The notes under the pieces were generated by a model. It saw only the letters and a program-made list of their open reading frames with translations, ran no database searches and was not told where the DNA came from. Below, one piece after another: positions 1 to 7,895 of a DNA stretch of 32,000 nt (positions are counted from its first letter, which is position 1; the number at the start of each line of letters is the position of its first letter). This DNA is from Candidatus Nanosynbacter lyticus (GTDB lineage: Bacteria > Patescibacteriota > Saccharimonadia > Saccharimonadales > Saccharimonadaceae), in the NCBI RefSeq assembly GCF_030253515.1, contig NZ_CP124549.1, positions 630,001 through 662,000 of the forward strand. Direction: 5' to 3'. Both the position numbers and the translations under genes were made by a program.

Positions 1-34
1 CTTTGTAATGCTAGTTTTACAATACACCACTGCC

Positions 35-43
35 TGCTATAAT
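35..43 (+). promoter_or_regulatory. extended -10 promoter (TGCTATAAT) for an apparently leaderless mRNA
   Basis: TGCTATAAT at 35-43. Only 6 nt (acaatt) lie before ATG 50, leaving no room for a Shine-Dalgarno. Confidence 0.55.
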
Positions 44-49
44 ACAATT

Positions 50-421
50 ATGGTTAAAATTGCTATCATCGAAGATGACGCGACAATCAGTCAGATGTAC
101 CGAATGAAGTTCGAGGCGGACGGGTTTGACGTGCGGCTAGCGAGTAATGGTACGATTGGCGTGGCGCTTGTCGAATCGTTTCGTCCAGATGTCATTTTGC
201 TTGATATCCAGATGCCAGAGATGGATGGGGCCGAAGCCTTGCGGCGTATTCGCTCACACGCGTGGGGCAAGACCATACCGGTTATCGTGCTGACCAACCT
301 CGGCGAAGAAGAAGCTCCGCGCGAGATGCGTTCACTCGGTATCCAAGGCTACATCGTCAAGGCCAATCTCACCCCGCGCCAAGTTGTCGCCCAGGTCAAA
401 TCAGTCATTACAAAGCCGTGA
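50..421 (+). CDS. stand-alone response regulator receiver domain protein (CheY-like, 123 aa)
   Basis: ORF 8..421 trimmed to ATG 50 (MVKIAIIEDD). Receiver hallmarks are present: acidic EDD pocket, phospho-acceptor Asp in VILLDIQMPEMDG, VLTN Thr and YIVKA Lys. There is no output domain. Confidence 0.9.
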   Translation: MVKIAIIEDDATISQMYRMKFEADGFDVRLASNGTIGVALVESFRPDVILLDIQMPEMDGAEALRRIRSHAWGKTIPVIVLTNLGEEEAPREMRSLGIQGYIVKANLTPRQVVAQVKSVITKP

Positions 422-425
422 GTTT

Positions 426-1235
426 CTACCGGATATTGACCCGGCGCAGACACGCCGTAATTACATTATCAAACAACGCGCTCACCGTCAGCGGGCCGAC
501 GCCGCCTTTTTCTGGCGTCAAGTGAATGTCGGTGCGCGTCCGATTCGCCGGTGCCACGTCACCAACAATCTTGCCATCCTCCGAGGCGGTTCCTGCGTCA
601 ACCACCACCGCACCAGGCCGGATCATATTTGGCTGAATCAGCCCTGCCACGCCGGTTGCCGTGACGATGACGTCATATTCGTGTAGTCGCGATAAATCAT
701 CACCCCGACTAAATACCGTTACGTCCAGTCCCGATGCTCGCCACATCCGCTCCAGCGGCGCGCCAACTAGCCGCCCACGCCCGACAATAGCCAACCTTTT
801 ACCAGCCAGCTCCACACTATAGCCCGCTAACAGCCAATTGATGGCCATCGGTGTCGCCGGGTCAAACAGCGTTCGCTCAGAATTAAGGCCATCGACGTCT
901 TTTTCCGGTGCCACCAGCCGCACAATTTGATCGGTCTGCTCTGGCTCGGCGAGCGGCAGCTGGACGATAATTCCCTGGACATCATCGCGTTGGTTTAGCG
1001 CCGTGATTGTCTCCGCCAGCTGACGAGTCGCCACCCGACAAATTTCTACCTCAATCAAAATATCCGCACCGTAGCGCTGCTTGAGGCGCATGTAGGTGGC
1101 GATGACTGGATTGTCCGAATCGGTGACGATGGCGAGGCGCGGCTGAATGTGGTGCGCTTGACGGAGCATGCGCACTTGCTTGGCCTGACGTTGCTTAATA
1201 AACGACGCGAGTTCTGCACCATTGAGAGATTTCAT
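426..1235 (-). CDS. folD: bifunctional methylenetetrahydrofolate dehydrogenase/cyclohydrolase
   Basis: ORF 426..1259 trimmed to ATG 1235 (MKSLNGAELASFIKQRQ). FolD motifs seen: VQLPL, EKDVDG, GRGRLVGAPL, GGVGPLT. The stop lies 4 nt from the convergent response-regulator stop. Confidence 0.9.
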   Translation of the reverse strand: MKSLNGAELASFIKQRQAKQVRMLRQAHHIQPRLAIVTDSDNPVIATYMRLKQRYGADILIEVEICRVATRQLAETITALNQRDDVQGIIVQLPLAEPEQTDQIVRLVAPEKDVDGLNSERTLFDPATPMAINWLLAGYSVELAGKRLAIVGRGRLVGAPLERMWRASGLDVTVFSRGDDLSRLHEYDVIVTATGVAGLIQPNMIRPGAVVVDAGTASEDGKIVGDVAPANRTRTDIHLTPEKGGVGPLTVSALFDNVITACLRRVNIR

Positions 1236-1241
1236 TGTTTG

Positions 1242-1250
1242 ATTGTAGCA
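1242..1250 (-). promoter_or_regulatory. extended -10 promoter (TGCTACAAT) for leaderless folD
   Basis: The minus strand reads TGCTACAAT, then 6 nt (caaaca), then ATG at 1235. Confidence 0.55.
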
Positions 1251-1295
1251 AATCAGCATGGGCGCGTCGAGCGCCTTGAGGATGGTAGCCGCCTG

Positions 1296-1304
1296 TGGTA
1301 TAAT
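1296..1304 (+). promoter_or_regulatory. extended -10 promoter (TGGTATAAT) for tRNA-His
   Basis: TGGTATAAT ends 10 nt before the tRNA 5' end. Confidence 0.55.
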
Positions 1305-1314
1305 CGGGAAGCTT

Positions 1315-1392
1315 GGCGGATGTAGCTCAGTTGGTTAGAGCGCTGGATTGTGGCTCCGGAGGCCGTGGGTTCGAGCCCCATCATTCGCCCCA
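1315..1392 (+). tRNA. tRNA-His(GTG) with encoded G-1 and CCA
   Basis: Hand-folded cloverleaf. Acceptor GCGGATG/CATTCGC, anticodon stem CTGGA/TCCGG, loop TTGTGGC, T-loop TTCGAGC. An extra 5' G pairs with discriminator C, which is the His identity element. Confidence 0.92.
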
Positions 1393-1445
1393 AGCATTGT
1401 CCGTAGCAAAAGGTGCGGCGTTATGTTTACCTTTACCGCTCATTA

Positions 1446-1454
1446 TGCTATAAT
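1446..1454 (+). promoter_or_regulatory. extended -10 promoter (TGCTATAAT) for tRNA-Lys
   Basis: TGCTATAAT ends 11 nt before the tRNA 5' end. Confidence 0.55.
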
Positions 1455-1465
1455 CCGGACTGATT

Positions 1466-1542
1466 GGGCCAGTAGCTCAGCTGGTTAGAGCACCTGCCTC
1501 TTAAGCAGGGTGTCGAGGGTTCGAGCCCCTCCTGGCCCTCCA
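1466..1542 (+). tRNA. tRNA-Lys(CTT)
   Basis: Acceptor GGGCCAG/CTGGCCC, anticodon stem CCTGC/GCAGG, loop CTCTTAA, T-loop TTCGAGC, encoded CCA. Confidence 0.92.
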
Positions 1543-1552
1543 AGGAATGATT

Positions 1553-1577
1553 AAACCCCAGTTTGCCTGGGGTTTTA
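1553..1577. terminator. bidirectional rho-independent terminator
   Basis: Stem ACCCCAG (1555-1561) / CTGGGGT (1567-1573) with a 5-nt loop. It is flanked by AAA on the left and TTTT on the right, and sits between convergent tRNA-Lys and CDS 1601..2020. Confidence 0.6.
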
Positions 1578-1600
1578 GTATGCCTGGTAAATCATACTGT

Positions 1601-2020
1601 TTATAAAAATGGATCATGGCCACGCGAAGGCGGCTCTTGAAATCGAGGTGATGGTTGTGAGCGAGTGGTATTATTACCACCGGTTGGACCGCCCAGCGGT
1701 GCGCCGCCTGGGACATTTTGTGATGGCGACGACGGCTCTGCTTGGCGCAGCGGATTGCCCACAAAGGTGCGATTAGAGAGCGGAACGTCGCTAGTCGTAT
1801 CATAGTCTTCCGCCGTCTCGTCGGTGCTTGCTGATGGTACATAGCCGCGCGCACCCAGCGCTGATGACTGATAATTCCCGATCCGCTGACGATCACAGTT
1901 ACGGTCGCTCACTCGACGACTTCGACCGGTATTACCAAACGCTGGCTGCGTCCGTGGCCGATGCGCCATTAACCGCTGAACCAACCGACGCGACATTCGC
2001 GGTTTACCACTAGCATCCAT
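1601..2020 (-). CDS. hypothetical basic, low-complexity (Pro/Ser/Gly/Arg-rich) 139-aa protein
   Basis: ATG 2020 is preceded by GAAGGAGGG (2025-2033). It lies 22 nt downstream of tRNA-Arg(TCT) on the same strand and ends just before the 1553-1577 hairpin. No domain recognised. Alternative-frame ORFs overlap it, so coding status is uncertain. Confidence 0.5.
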   Translation of the reverse strand: MDASGKPRMSRRLVQRLMAHRPRTQPAFGNTGRSRRVSDRNCDRQRIGNYQSSALGARGYVPSASTDETAEDYDTTSDVPLSNRTFVGNPLRQAEPSSPSQNVPGGAPLGGPTGGNNTTRSQPSPRFQEPPSRGHDPFL

Positions 2021-2042
2021 ATGACCCTCCTTCGATCATTCC

Positions 2043-2119
2043 TGGCGCCCCGAGTAGGATTCGAACCTACGACCTTAGGCTTAGAAGTCCTCTGCTCTAT
2101 CCAGCTGAGCTATCAGGGC
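2043..2119 (-). tRNA. tRNA-Arg(TCT), with an unusually weak anticodon stem
   Basis: Acceptor GCCCTGA/TCGGGGC, D arm GCTC..GAGC, loop CTTCTAA, T arm GTAGG-TTCGAAT-CCTAC, encoded CCA. The anticodon stem GAGGA/GCCTA has only 3 Watson-Crick pairs. Confidence 0.78.
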
Positions 2120-2127
2120 ATGTTCAC

Positions 2128-2136
2128 ATTATAGCA
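2128..2136 (-). promoter_or_regulatory. extended -10 promoter (TGCTATAAT) for tRNA-Arg(TCT)
   Basis: The minus strand reads TGCTATAAT, 8 nt upstream of the tRNA 5' end. It is back-to-back with the 2143-2151 promoter. Confidence 0.55.
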
Positions 2137-2142
2137 TCTTTC

Positions 2143-2151
2143 TGGTACAAT
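2143..2151 (+). promoter_or_regulatory. extended -10 promoter (TGGTACAAT) for tRNA-Gly
   Basis: TGGTACAAT ends 11 nt before the tRNA 5' end. The two divergent -10 boxes share a 43-bp intergenic region. Confidence 0.55.
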
Positions 2152-2162
2152 AGTGCAAGCTC

Positions 2163-2237
2163 GCGGGTGTAGTACAGCGGCTAGTATGCAAGTTTTCCAA
2201 ACTTGAGATGGGAGTTCGATTCTCCCCACCCGCACCA
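2163..2237 (+). tRNA. tRNA-Gly(TCC)
   Basis: Acceptor GCGGGTG/CACCCGC, anticodon stem CAAGT/ACTTG, loop TTTCCAA, T-loop TTCGATT, encoded CCA. Confidence 0.92.
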
Positions 2238-2271
2238 ATGTCAGATAATTTCAATCCGCAAAAAGGGCATC

Positions 2272-4041
2272 ATGGATCCATATTCATACACAAACACATC
2301 ACCATACCAGCCACAGGACATCGAAGACGCATCCGAATTTTATGACGTGATTGAGCGCAGCAGCCTAACACATCAACTGTCTGAGTCGCGGCCATACGTT
2401 TACTGGACAATGGAAATTTATGACAAAGCCAACGGCATCAAAGGCGGTGGCGGCTTGGGCGTATTGGCGGCAGACACGCGGCGGGTGGCCGAAAAGCTAG
2501 AGGTACCATTTGTGGTAGTGACACCGTTTTACCGCAGTGAGTCACACCAAAAAATTACCGACCTCGCACAGACTGAATACGTTGAGAAGGTCTCACCCCA
2601 GGAGTATGGCTTTCATTATATTGATGAGGTTTCGGTTAGCTCCGCCGGCTTTCCTGATGCTAGCCTCAGCATCTTTCGCAAGACACTTGGCTCGACGCAA
2701 TTTGTTACCATCTCAGAGCCAAACTTTGGGCAGTTGTACGAAGGTGAAGGCTCGGGCGATCACCGGCTGTACCAAGAGGTGGCCCTTGGATTTGGCGGCT
2801 ATAAAGCCTTGAAACTGCTCGGCATCAAACCAGCTGTCATCCAGCTCAACGAAACCGCAACAATTTTTGCGGCGTTGGCTCGACTGGATGAACTATGCGC
2901 CAATGGCATGAACTTGTACGAAGCAATCGTTTACGTACGCAAACACACACTCTACACCAACCACACCCTACTCCAGGCAGCTGAACCAGAATTCCACCGC
3001 TCGCAATTTGAAAAATTGGTACTGCCAAACCTCAAAAGCAACGCCGTGCGCTGCTGGCTGATGGAGCAATTTCAGGATGACCGCTTGCGGCCAAACTTGC
3101 TGGCAATTGAGCTAACCGAAGCTAAAAATGGCGTCAGTAAACTGCACGCACGAGTGGCAAATTTCCGCGACCGCAACAACGACAAAGTCAAATTCCACGC
3201 CATCACCAACGGCATTGACCTGGAAACATGGGTGCTGCCGGAGATCCTGCAGACTTATCGTGAGCATACCATCCTTGATAAATTTGGCTTGCCAACAGAG
3301 CAGTATCAAGAAGCAATCGCCACGCTACCCGCCAACACCATTCGCTCGCTCAAACGCGTAGGCCGGCTGGAGCTAAACCGAGTCCTTATAAAGCGCAAGG
3401 ACCAATACAACAACCCAGTTCACCTGCCCGAAGACGCTCTGGTGTTCGACTTCAAACGGCGATTCGCCAATTACAAGCGACCACACCTGGCATTTGAGCG
3501 TCCGGAAGTGCTCAAGCAGATTTTGCTCGATAGCAACGCTCACTATATTCTTGCTGGCAAGGTCCATCAGGGCGATCATGACATGTATCAGCAGCTCCTG
3601 ACCATCCTCAAACTCGTCGATAGCGACCCTGTCCTGCGTGAGCGTGTCCACTACATTCAAGATTACGACGAGACCCTGGGGCGAGCACTGGCGATTGGCT
3701 CAGATGTTGCTATCAACGTGCCGATCATTGGCCTCGAGGCCTGCGGCACATCATGGGAAAAAGACATTGCCAATCTCAAACTACTCATCTCTACCAGCGA
3801 CGGCGGCGTTGCCGACATTAAACCAATTGCCTGCCTCGAGGTAAGCGGTGTAAGTCCAGAGGACGAGACCACCTCGCTCTACGCTAATATGCGGCGGGCG
3901 GCACAAATCGTCGCCAGTGACGATTTGCTGACGCAGCACATTCATCGCCAGCTCATAGCCTATCTACCGATTATATCGGGTGCACGGATGCTCAAAGATT
4001 ATCTCAAGTTTCTGTTTCCCGCCCGTCATACAACCAAATAG
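2272..4041 (+). CDS. glgP: alpha-glucan (glycogen/maltodextrin) phosphorylase, GT35 family, 589 aa
   Basis: ORF 2203..4041 trimmed to ATG 2272, because the upstream part overlaps tRNA-Gly. Motifs seen: GGGLGVLAAD, YTNHT, and EACGTSWEK, which corresponds to the PLP-lysine motif EASGTSxMK. Confidence 0.8.
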   Translation: MDPYSYTNTSPYQPQDIEDASEFYDVIERSSLTHQLSESRPYVYWTMEIYDKANGIKGGGGLGVLAADTRRVAEKLEVPFVVVTPFYRSESHQKITDLAQTEYVEKVSPQEYGFHYIDEVSVSSAGFPDASLSIFRKTLGSTQFVTISEPNFGQLYEGEGSGDHRLYQEVALGFGGYKALKLLGIKPAVIQLNETATIFAALARLDELCANGMNLYEAIVYVRKHTLYTNHTLLQAAEPEFHRSQFEKLVLPNLKSNAVRCWLMEQFQDDRLRPNLLAIELTEAKNGVSKLHARVANFRDRNNDKVKFHAITNGIDLETWVLPEILQTYREHTILDKFGLPTEQYQEAIATLPANTIRSLKRVGRLELNRVLIKRKDQYNNPVHLPEDALVFDFKRRFANYKRPHLAFERPEVLKQILLDSNAHYILAGKVHQGDHDMYQQLLTILKLVDSDPVLRERVHYIQDYDETLGRALAIGSDVAINVPIIGLEACGTSWEKDIANLKLLISTSDGGVADIKPIACLEVSGVSPEDETTSLYANMRRAAQIVASDDLLTQHIHRQLIAYLPIISGARMLKDYLKFLFPARHTTK

Positions 4042-4065
4042 AGCCAATAGCAGAACACTCTGTAA

Positions 4066-5589
4066 CTACTCGGTAATAACTTCAATTTCTGCACCCAGTG
4101 AATTGAGCCGCTGCGCTAGTTCCTCGTAGCCGCGATTGATTGAATACACATCGCGCAAGATTGACACGCCCGGCGCCGCTAACATGGCGAGTAGTACCAC
4201 AACCGACGGCCGCAGCGCCGGCGGTGCCACGACATCAGCGGGCTTCCACCTTGTTGGACCGGTGATATACACCCGGTGCGGATCAACCAGTTCAATCTGC
4301 GCATTCAATTTACTCAGCTCGGTGAAATAAATCGCTCGGTTCTCGTAACTCCAATCGTGCACCAATGTCCGGCCTTTAGCGACGGTCGCAATCAGCCCCA
4401 AGAACGGCAGATTATCCATATTAATCCCCGGAAACGGCAGCGCGTGAATCTTGTCTTTTGGTGCAATCAACCTAGAGTGTTTCAGCGTAATATCCACCAG
4501 GCGAGTACGACCATTGTTGGCTGCGTATTCCTCACTTAACTCATATTGCAAACCCATTTCAGCCAAGGTTGCTAGCTCAATTTCCAGAAACTCAATTGGC
4601 GCCCGGCGCACCGTGATTTCTGAATCAGTCACCACGGCCGCCGCGATAAAGCTCATCGCCTCGATCGGGTCTTCAGACGGATAATAATCAACTGCTGTAT
4701 TGATATGCGACCGGCCCGTGATTTTCAACGTCGTTGTACCAATTCCTTCGATGGTCACACCCAATTTCTGCAAGAAGAAACATACATCCTGCACCATGTA
4801 GTTTGGGCTGGCGTTGCGGATGATGGTGGTGTCTGGTGACAGCGCCGCCGCCATGATAACGTTTTCCGTCACCGTGTCGCCGCGTTCAGTCAACAAAATT
4901 ATCCGATCACCAGTCGTCGGCTCGACGCGCGCATGATAATATTCGCTCTCAGCGTCCACCCGCATCCCAAAATGCTTCAGGCCCGACAGATGTGGCTCCA
5001 CCGTGCGCTTACCGAGATTACAGCCACCGGCAAATGGCAACTGAAAATCATGATATTGATGAAGCAGCGGGCCAAGGAACATGATCACAGTACGCGTGCG
5101 CTTGGCAGCAGCGATATCCATATCCTCCAGCCTCAGCCGCGCCGGTGGTATAATCTCCAGGTCGTTCTTTCGCAGCCAACGGGTTTTAACGCCAATCGAG
5201 TTGAGCACCTCAAGGATCCGGTTAACCTCCTCGATACGCGCCACATGACGCAGCGTCGTTTTTCCCTTGTTGAGCAAGCTGGCACAGAGCAGCCCCACGG
5301 CCGCATTCTTGCTCGTTTTGACCGATATATCACCAGAAAGTTTTTTACCGCCATGCACCCGAAAGTTCATCTTGCCTGAGTGATTGAGCGTAACGATGTT
5401 ACAGTTGAGCACATCACTAATCCTCATTAGCATCTCGACACTAATATTCTGACCGCCGTTCTCGATACGATTGATGGCACTTTGTGATGTACCAATGGCC
5501 TCAGCTAGTTGCGTCTGTGTGAGGCCTTTACGATTACGATTTTCATTGATAATAACGCCGATTTTTTGGAGATAGTTATTCATGCTCAT
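4066..5589 (-). CDS. murA: UDP-N-acetylglucosamine 1-carboxyvinyltransferase with an N-terminal XRE-type HTH domain (fusion)
   Basis: N-terminal ~70 aa: GLTQTQLAEAIGTSQSAINRIENGGQNISVEMLMRISDVL, an HTH_3-like sequence. This is followed by MNFRVHGGKKLSGDISVKTSKNAA and the catalytic loop FAGGCNLGKRTVEPH, both MurA-like. The start is taken as ATG 5589 on promoter geometry; ATG 5583 or 5610 are also possible. Confidence 0.85.
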   Translation of the reverse strand: MSMNNYLQKIGVIINENRNRKGLTQTQLAEAIGTSQSAINRIENGGQNISVEMLMRISDVLNCNIVTLNHSGKMNFRVHGGKKLSGDISVKTSKNAAVGLLCASLLNKGKTTLRHVARIEEVNRILEVLNSIGVKTRWLRKNDLEIIPPARLRLEDMDIAAAKRTRTVIMFLGPLLHQYHDFQLPFAGGCNLGKRTVEPHLSGLKHFGMRVDAESEYYHARVEPTTGDRIILLTERGDTVTENVIMAAALSPDTTIIRNASPNYMVQDVCFFLQKLGVTIEGIGTTTLKITGRSHINTAVDYYPSEDPIEAMSFIAAAVVTDSEITVRRAPIEFLEIELATLAEMGLQYELSEEYAANNGRTRLVDITLKHSRLIAPKDKIHALPFPGINMDNLPFLGLIATVAKGRTLVHDWSYENRAIYFTELSKLNAQIELVDPHRVYITGPTRWKPADVVAPPALRPSVVVLLAMLAAPGVSILRDVYSINRGYEELAQRLNSLGAEIEVITE

Positions 5590-5596
5590 AATGCAC

Positions 5597-5605
5597 AATA
5601 TATCA
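5597..5605 (-). promoter_or_regulatory. extended -10 promoter (TGATATATT) for leaderless HTH-murA
   Basis: The minus strand reads TGATATATT, then 7 nt, then ATG 5589. Confidence 0.45.
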
Positions 5606-5626
5606 CACATGATATATGATGTAAAG

Positions 5627-5635
5627 TGCTATAAT
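5627..5635 (+). promoter_or_regulatory. extended -10 promoter (TGCTATAAT) for glyA
   Basis: TGCTATAAT is followed by a leader containing AAGGAGGG 6 nt before ATG 5657. Confidence 0.6.
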
Positions 5636-5656
5636 AAAGGAAAAGGAGGGAGTGTT

Positions 5657-6928
5657 ATGCAAGATACACAGGTCGCCGATTTAATTGCGGCAGAAATAAA
5701 ACGACAACAACGGGGGATTGAGCTGATCCCAAGCGAAAATTACGTTTCAACTAGTGTACTCAAAGCGCTGGGTAGCATCTTTACCAACAAATATTCTGAG
5801 GGCTATCCAGGCCGGCGCTACTATGGCGGGCAGGACAATACCGACCAAATTGAGCAACTGGCGATTGACCGCGCTAAAAAGCTATTCGGCGCTGATCACG
5901 CCAATGTCCAGCCGCACTCCGGCGCCCAGGCGAATGAGGCGGTGTATTATGCGTGGTGCGAGCCGGGCGATACCATTTTGGCGATGGATTTGGCACACGG
6001 CGGCCACTTAACACATGGTGCACCGGTGACTCGCTCGGCCCGCGAGTATACTTTTATTCGCTACGGCATCAAGGATGTCGAGACTGGTGAAATTGACTAT
6101 GAAGAAATTCGCCGCTTGGCGCTAAAACATCGGCCAAAGATTATTTTGGCCGGCTTCTCGGCCTATCCGCGCGAGCTGGATTACGCCAAGTTTGCCGAGA
6201 TTGGCAACGAAGTTGGCGCTATGTTGATGGCGGATATGAGCCACATCGCTGGATTAATCGTTGGTGGCGTGGCTAAAAATCCGTTTGACTACGGCTTTCA
6301 TATTATCACCACTACCACACACAAAACCTTGCGCGGTCCGCGTGGCGGCTTGATTTTGTCAAAAGGTGTGGTCGGCAATCCTTTGAAGCGACCAGAAAAA
6401 ACTTTGGAAAACTTGCCAACACTGATTGACCGGGCGGTCTTCCCTGGCACTCAAGGTGGCCCGCACATGCACACCATCGCTGCCAAAGCAGTCGCCTTTG
6501 GCGAGGCGCTACGCCCAGAGTTCACGGAATACGCCCAGCAAATCGTAAAGAATGCAGCCGTTCTGGCAGATGAATTAAAGCGCGGCGGCCTGAAATTGGT
6601 AACAGGTGGCACCAGCAACCATCTAGTGTTGGCAGATATCTATGGCAGCTTCGGCATTGATGGTAAAATTGCTCAGGAGCGGCTAGAGGCCAGCGGCATC
6701 ACCGCCAACGCCAACGCCATCCCGAACGATACCCTGCCGCCATTCCGTCCAAGCGGCCTGCGCCTCGGCACGCCAGCGGTAACAACACGCGGCATGACGG
6801 AGGCGGAAGTCAAACAGATTGCCAAGTGGATTATCACAGCGATAACCGCAGAGGACCCGGCAGAATACGCAAAAATTAAGCAGCAAACTACTAGTCTTGC
6901 GGCGCGTTTTCCGCTACCATATAACTAA
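5657..6928 (+). CDS. glyA: serine hydroxymethyltransferase
   Basis: ORF 5582..6928 trimmed to ATG 5657 behind a strong SD. Motifs seen: LIPSENY, GYPGRRYYGG, and TTTTHKTLRGPRGG (the PLP lysine). Confidence 0.95.
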   Translation: MQDTQVADLIAAEIKRQQRGIELIPSENYVSTSVLKALGSIFTNKYSEGYPGRRYYGGQDNTDQIEQLAIDRAKKLFGADHANVQPHSGAQANEAVYYAWCEPGDTILAMDLAHGGHLTHGAPVTRSAREYTFIRYGIKDVETGEIDYEEIRRLALKHRPKIILAGFSAYPRELDYAKFAEIGNEVGAMLMADMSHIAGLIVGGVAKNPFDYGFHIITTTTHKTLRGPRGGLILSKGVVGNPLKRPEKTLENLPTLIDRAVFPGTQGGPHMHTIAAKAVAFGEALRPEFTEYAQQIVKNAAVLADELKRGGLKLVTGGTSNHLVLADIYGSFGIDGKIAQERLEASGITANANAIPNDTLPPFRPSGLRLGTPAVTTRGMTEAEVKQIAKWIITAITAEDPAEYAKIKQQTTSLAARFPLPYN

Positions 6929-6942
6929 TACTAAATAACTTG

Positions 6943-7064
6943 GGGGGCAAATCAGAAATGGTTTCTTCAAACAAAACTAAAGGTTTCACATTGGTTGAGC
7001 TCTTGATCGTTATCGTGGTCATCGCTATCTTGGCTGCTATTTCGATAGCAGCGTACAATGGTGT
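6943..7064 (+). repeat. left arm of the 122-bp inverted repeat (pilin RBS plus N-terminal 35 codons)
   Basis: By hand alignment, 118 of 122 nt are identical to the reverse complement of 7789-7910. Confidence 0.9.
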
Positions 7065-7380
7065 ATCCAACAAAGCTCGGGATAGCGAGAGGTTAGCCAG
7101 CGCACGCGACATCATCAATGCTGCCGCCGTGTACAACTCAGAAAAAGGCCACTGGCCGACAATAGCAGAGCTGGGGTCATTTAATACGATTAGGTTACCT
7201 GACCAGGTAAAAAGTCGCCTCGGAACTACCGCACCAAGTCCAACCGATAAAAGCAAGTATCTATACGAGTTGTGCGGAACTGCTCCAAACGTTACCGGAG
7301 CAAAAGTTACCTACTGGAAAGAAGCTATTGATGGACACGAAGCTCACGAGAAGATAGTCAGTAGCGGTAGCGGTTGTTAA
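6958..7380 (+). CDS. type IV pilin-like protein (prepilin, 140 aa)
   Basis: ATG 6958 follows GGGGGG. Prepilin signal MVSSNKTKG|FTLVELLIVIVVIAILAAI (Gly-1, Phe+1, Glu+5). C-terminal Cys pair (ELCG...GSGC). Only 29 nt lie after the glyA stop, with no obvious own promoter. Confidence 0.85.
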   Translation: MVSSNKTKGFTLVELLIVIVVIAILAAISIAAYNGVSNKARDSERLASARDIINAAAVYNSEKGHWPTIAELGSFNTIRLPDQVKSRLGTTAPSPTDKSKYLYELCGTAPNVTGAKVTYWKEAIDGHEAHEKIVSSGSGC

Positions 7381-7415
7381 AACAAAGAGACAAACAAACT
7401 GTTATGCTGCTCGTA

Positions 7416-7444
7416 TAAAAAGCCCCGGTAATTCCGGGGCTTTA
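7416..7444. terminator. bidirectional rho-independent terminator between the convergent pilin genes
   Basis: Stem GCCCCGG (7422-7428) / CCGGGGC (7434-7440), loop TAATT, with an A-run on the left and a T-run on the right. Confidence 0.7.
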
Positions 7445-7469
7445 GTGTAATAATACTACAGTAAGCTTA

Positions 7470-7895
7470 CTAGCAGTTGCTACCAGTAGTAATCACCTGC
7501 TCGTGCTGAGCACTTCCTTCGATAATATCTTTCCAGTAGGTAACTTTAGCACCGGTGTTGTTATTGTTTGAGTCCTGACAAAGTTCGTATTTGTACTTGC
7601 CCTTATCGTTTGGACCTGGGGCAGTGTTGCCTATATTATCCTTCGCATTCTTTGATAGCTTAATCGTATCAAATCCCTTGATTTCGGTATCCGTTGGCCA
7701 CTTATCCTTTTCAGAATTATATGCAGCTGCTGCGTTAATAATGTTACGCGCATCGGTTGCACGCTCATCATCCCGAGCCTTATTTGTCACACCATTGTAC
7801 GCCACAATCGAAATAGCAGCCAAGATAGCGATGACCACGATAACGATCAAGAGCTCAACCAATGTGAAACCTTTAGTTTTGTTTGAAGAAATCAT
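7470..7895 (-). CDS. type IV pilin-like protein (prepilin, 141 aa), paralog of 6958..7380
   Basis: MISSNKTKG|FTLVELLIVIVVIAILAAI. The C-terminal domain is homologous to the neighbouring pilin but diverged. It has a Cys pair (ELCQ...GSNC) and its own -35/-10 promoter. Confidence 0.88.
   Translation of the reverse strand: MISSNKTKGFTLVELLIVIVVIAILAAISIVAYNGVTNKARDDERATDARNIINAAAAYNSEKDKWPTDTEIKGFDTIKLSKNAKDNIGNTAPGPNDKGKYKYELCQDSNNNNTGAKVTYWKDIIEGSAQHEQVITTGSNC

Noticed and set aside
1501-2013. ORFs 1501..1896 (minus) and 1828..2013 (plus) as alternatives to CDS 1601..2020.
   Set aside because: The first overlaps tRNA-Lys and the terminator hairpin. The second has no RBS. Only the 2020 start has a strong SD. 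The region remains low-confidence overall.
2203-2271. The longer start of the glucan phosphorylase ORF (MRWEFDSPHP...).
   Set aside because: These codons lie inside tRNA-Gly (2163-2237).
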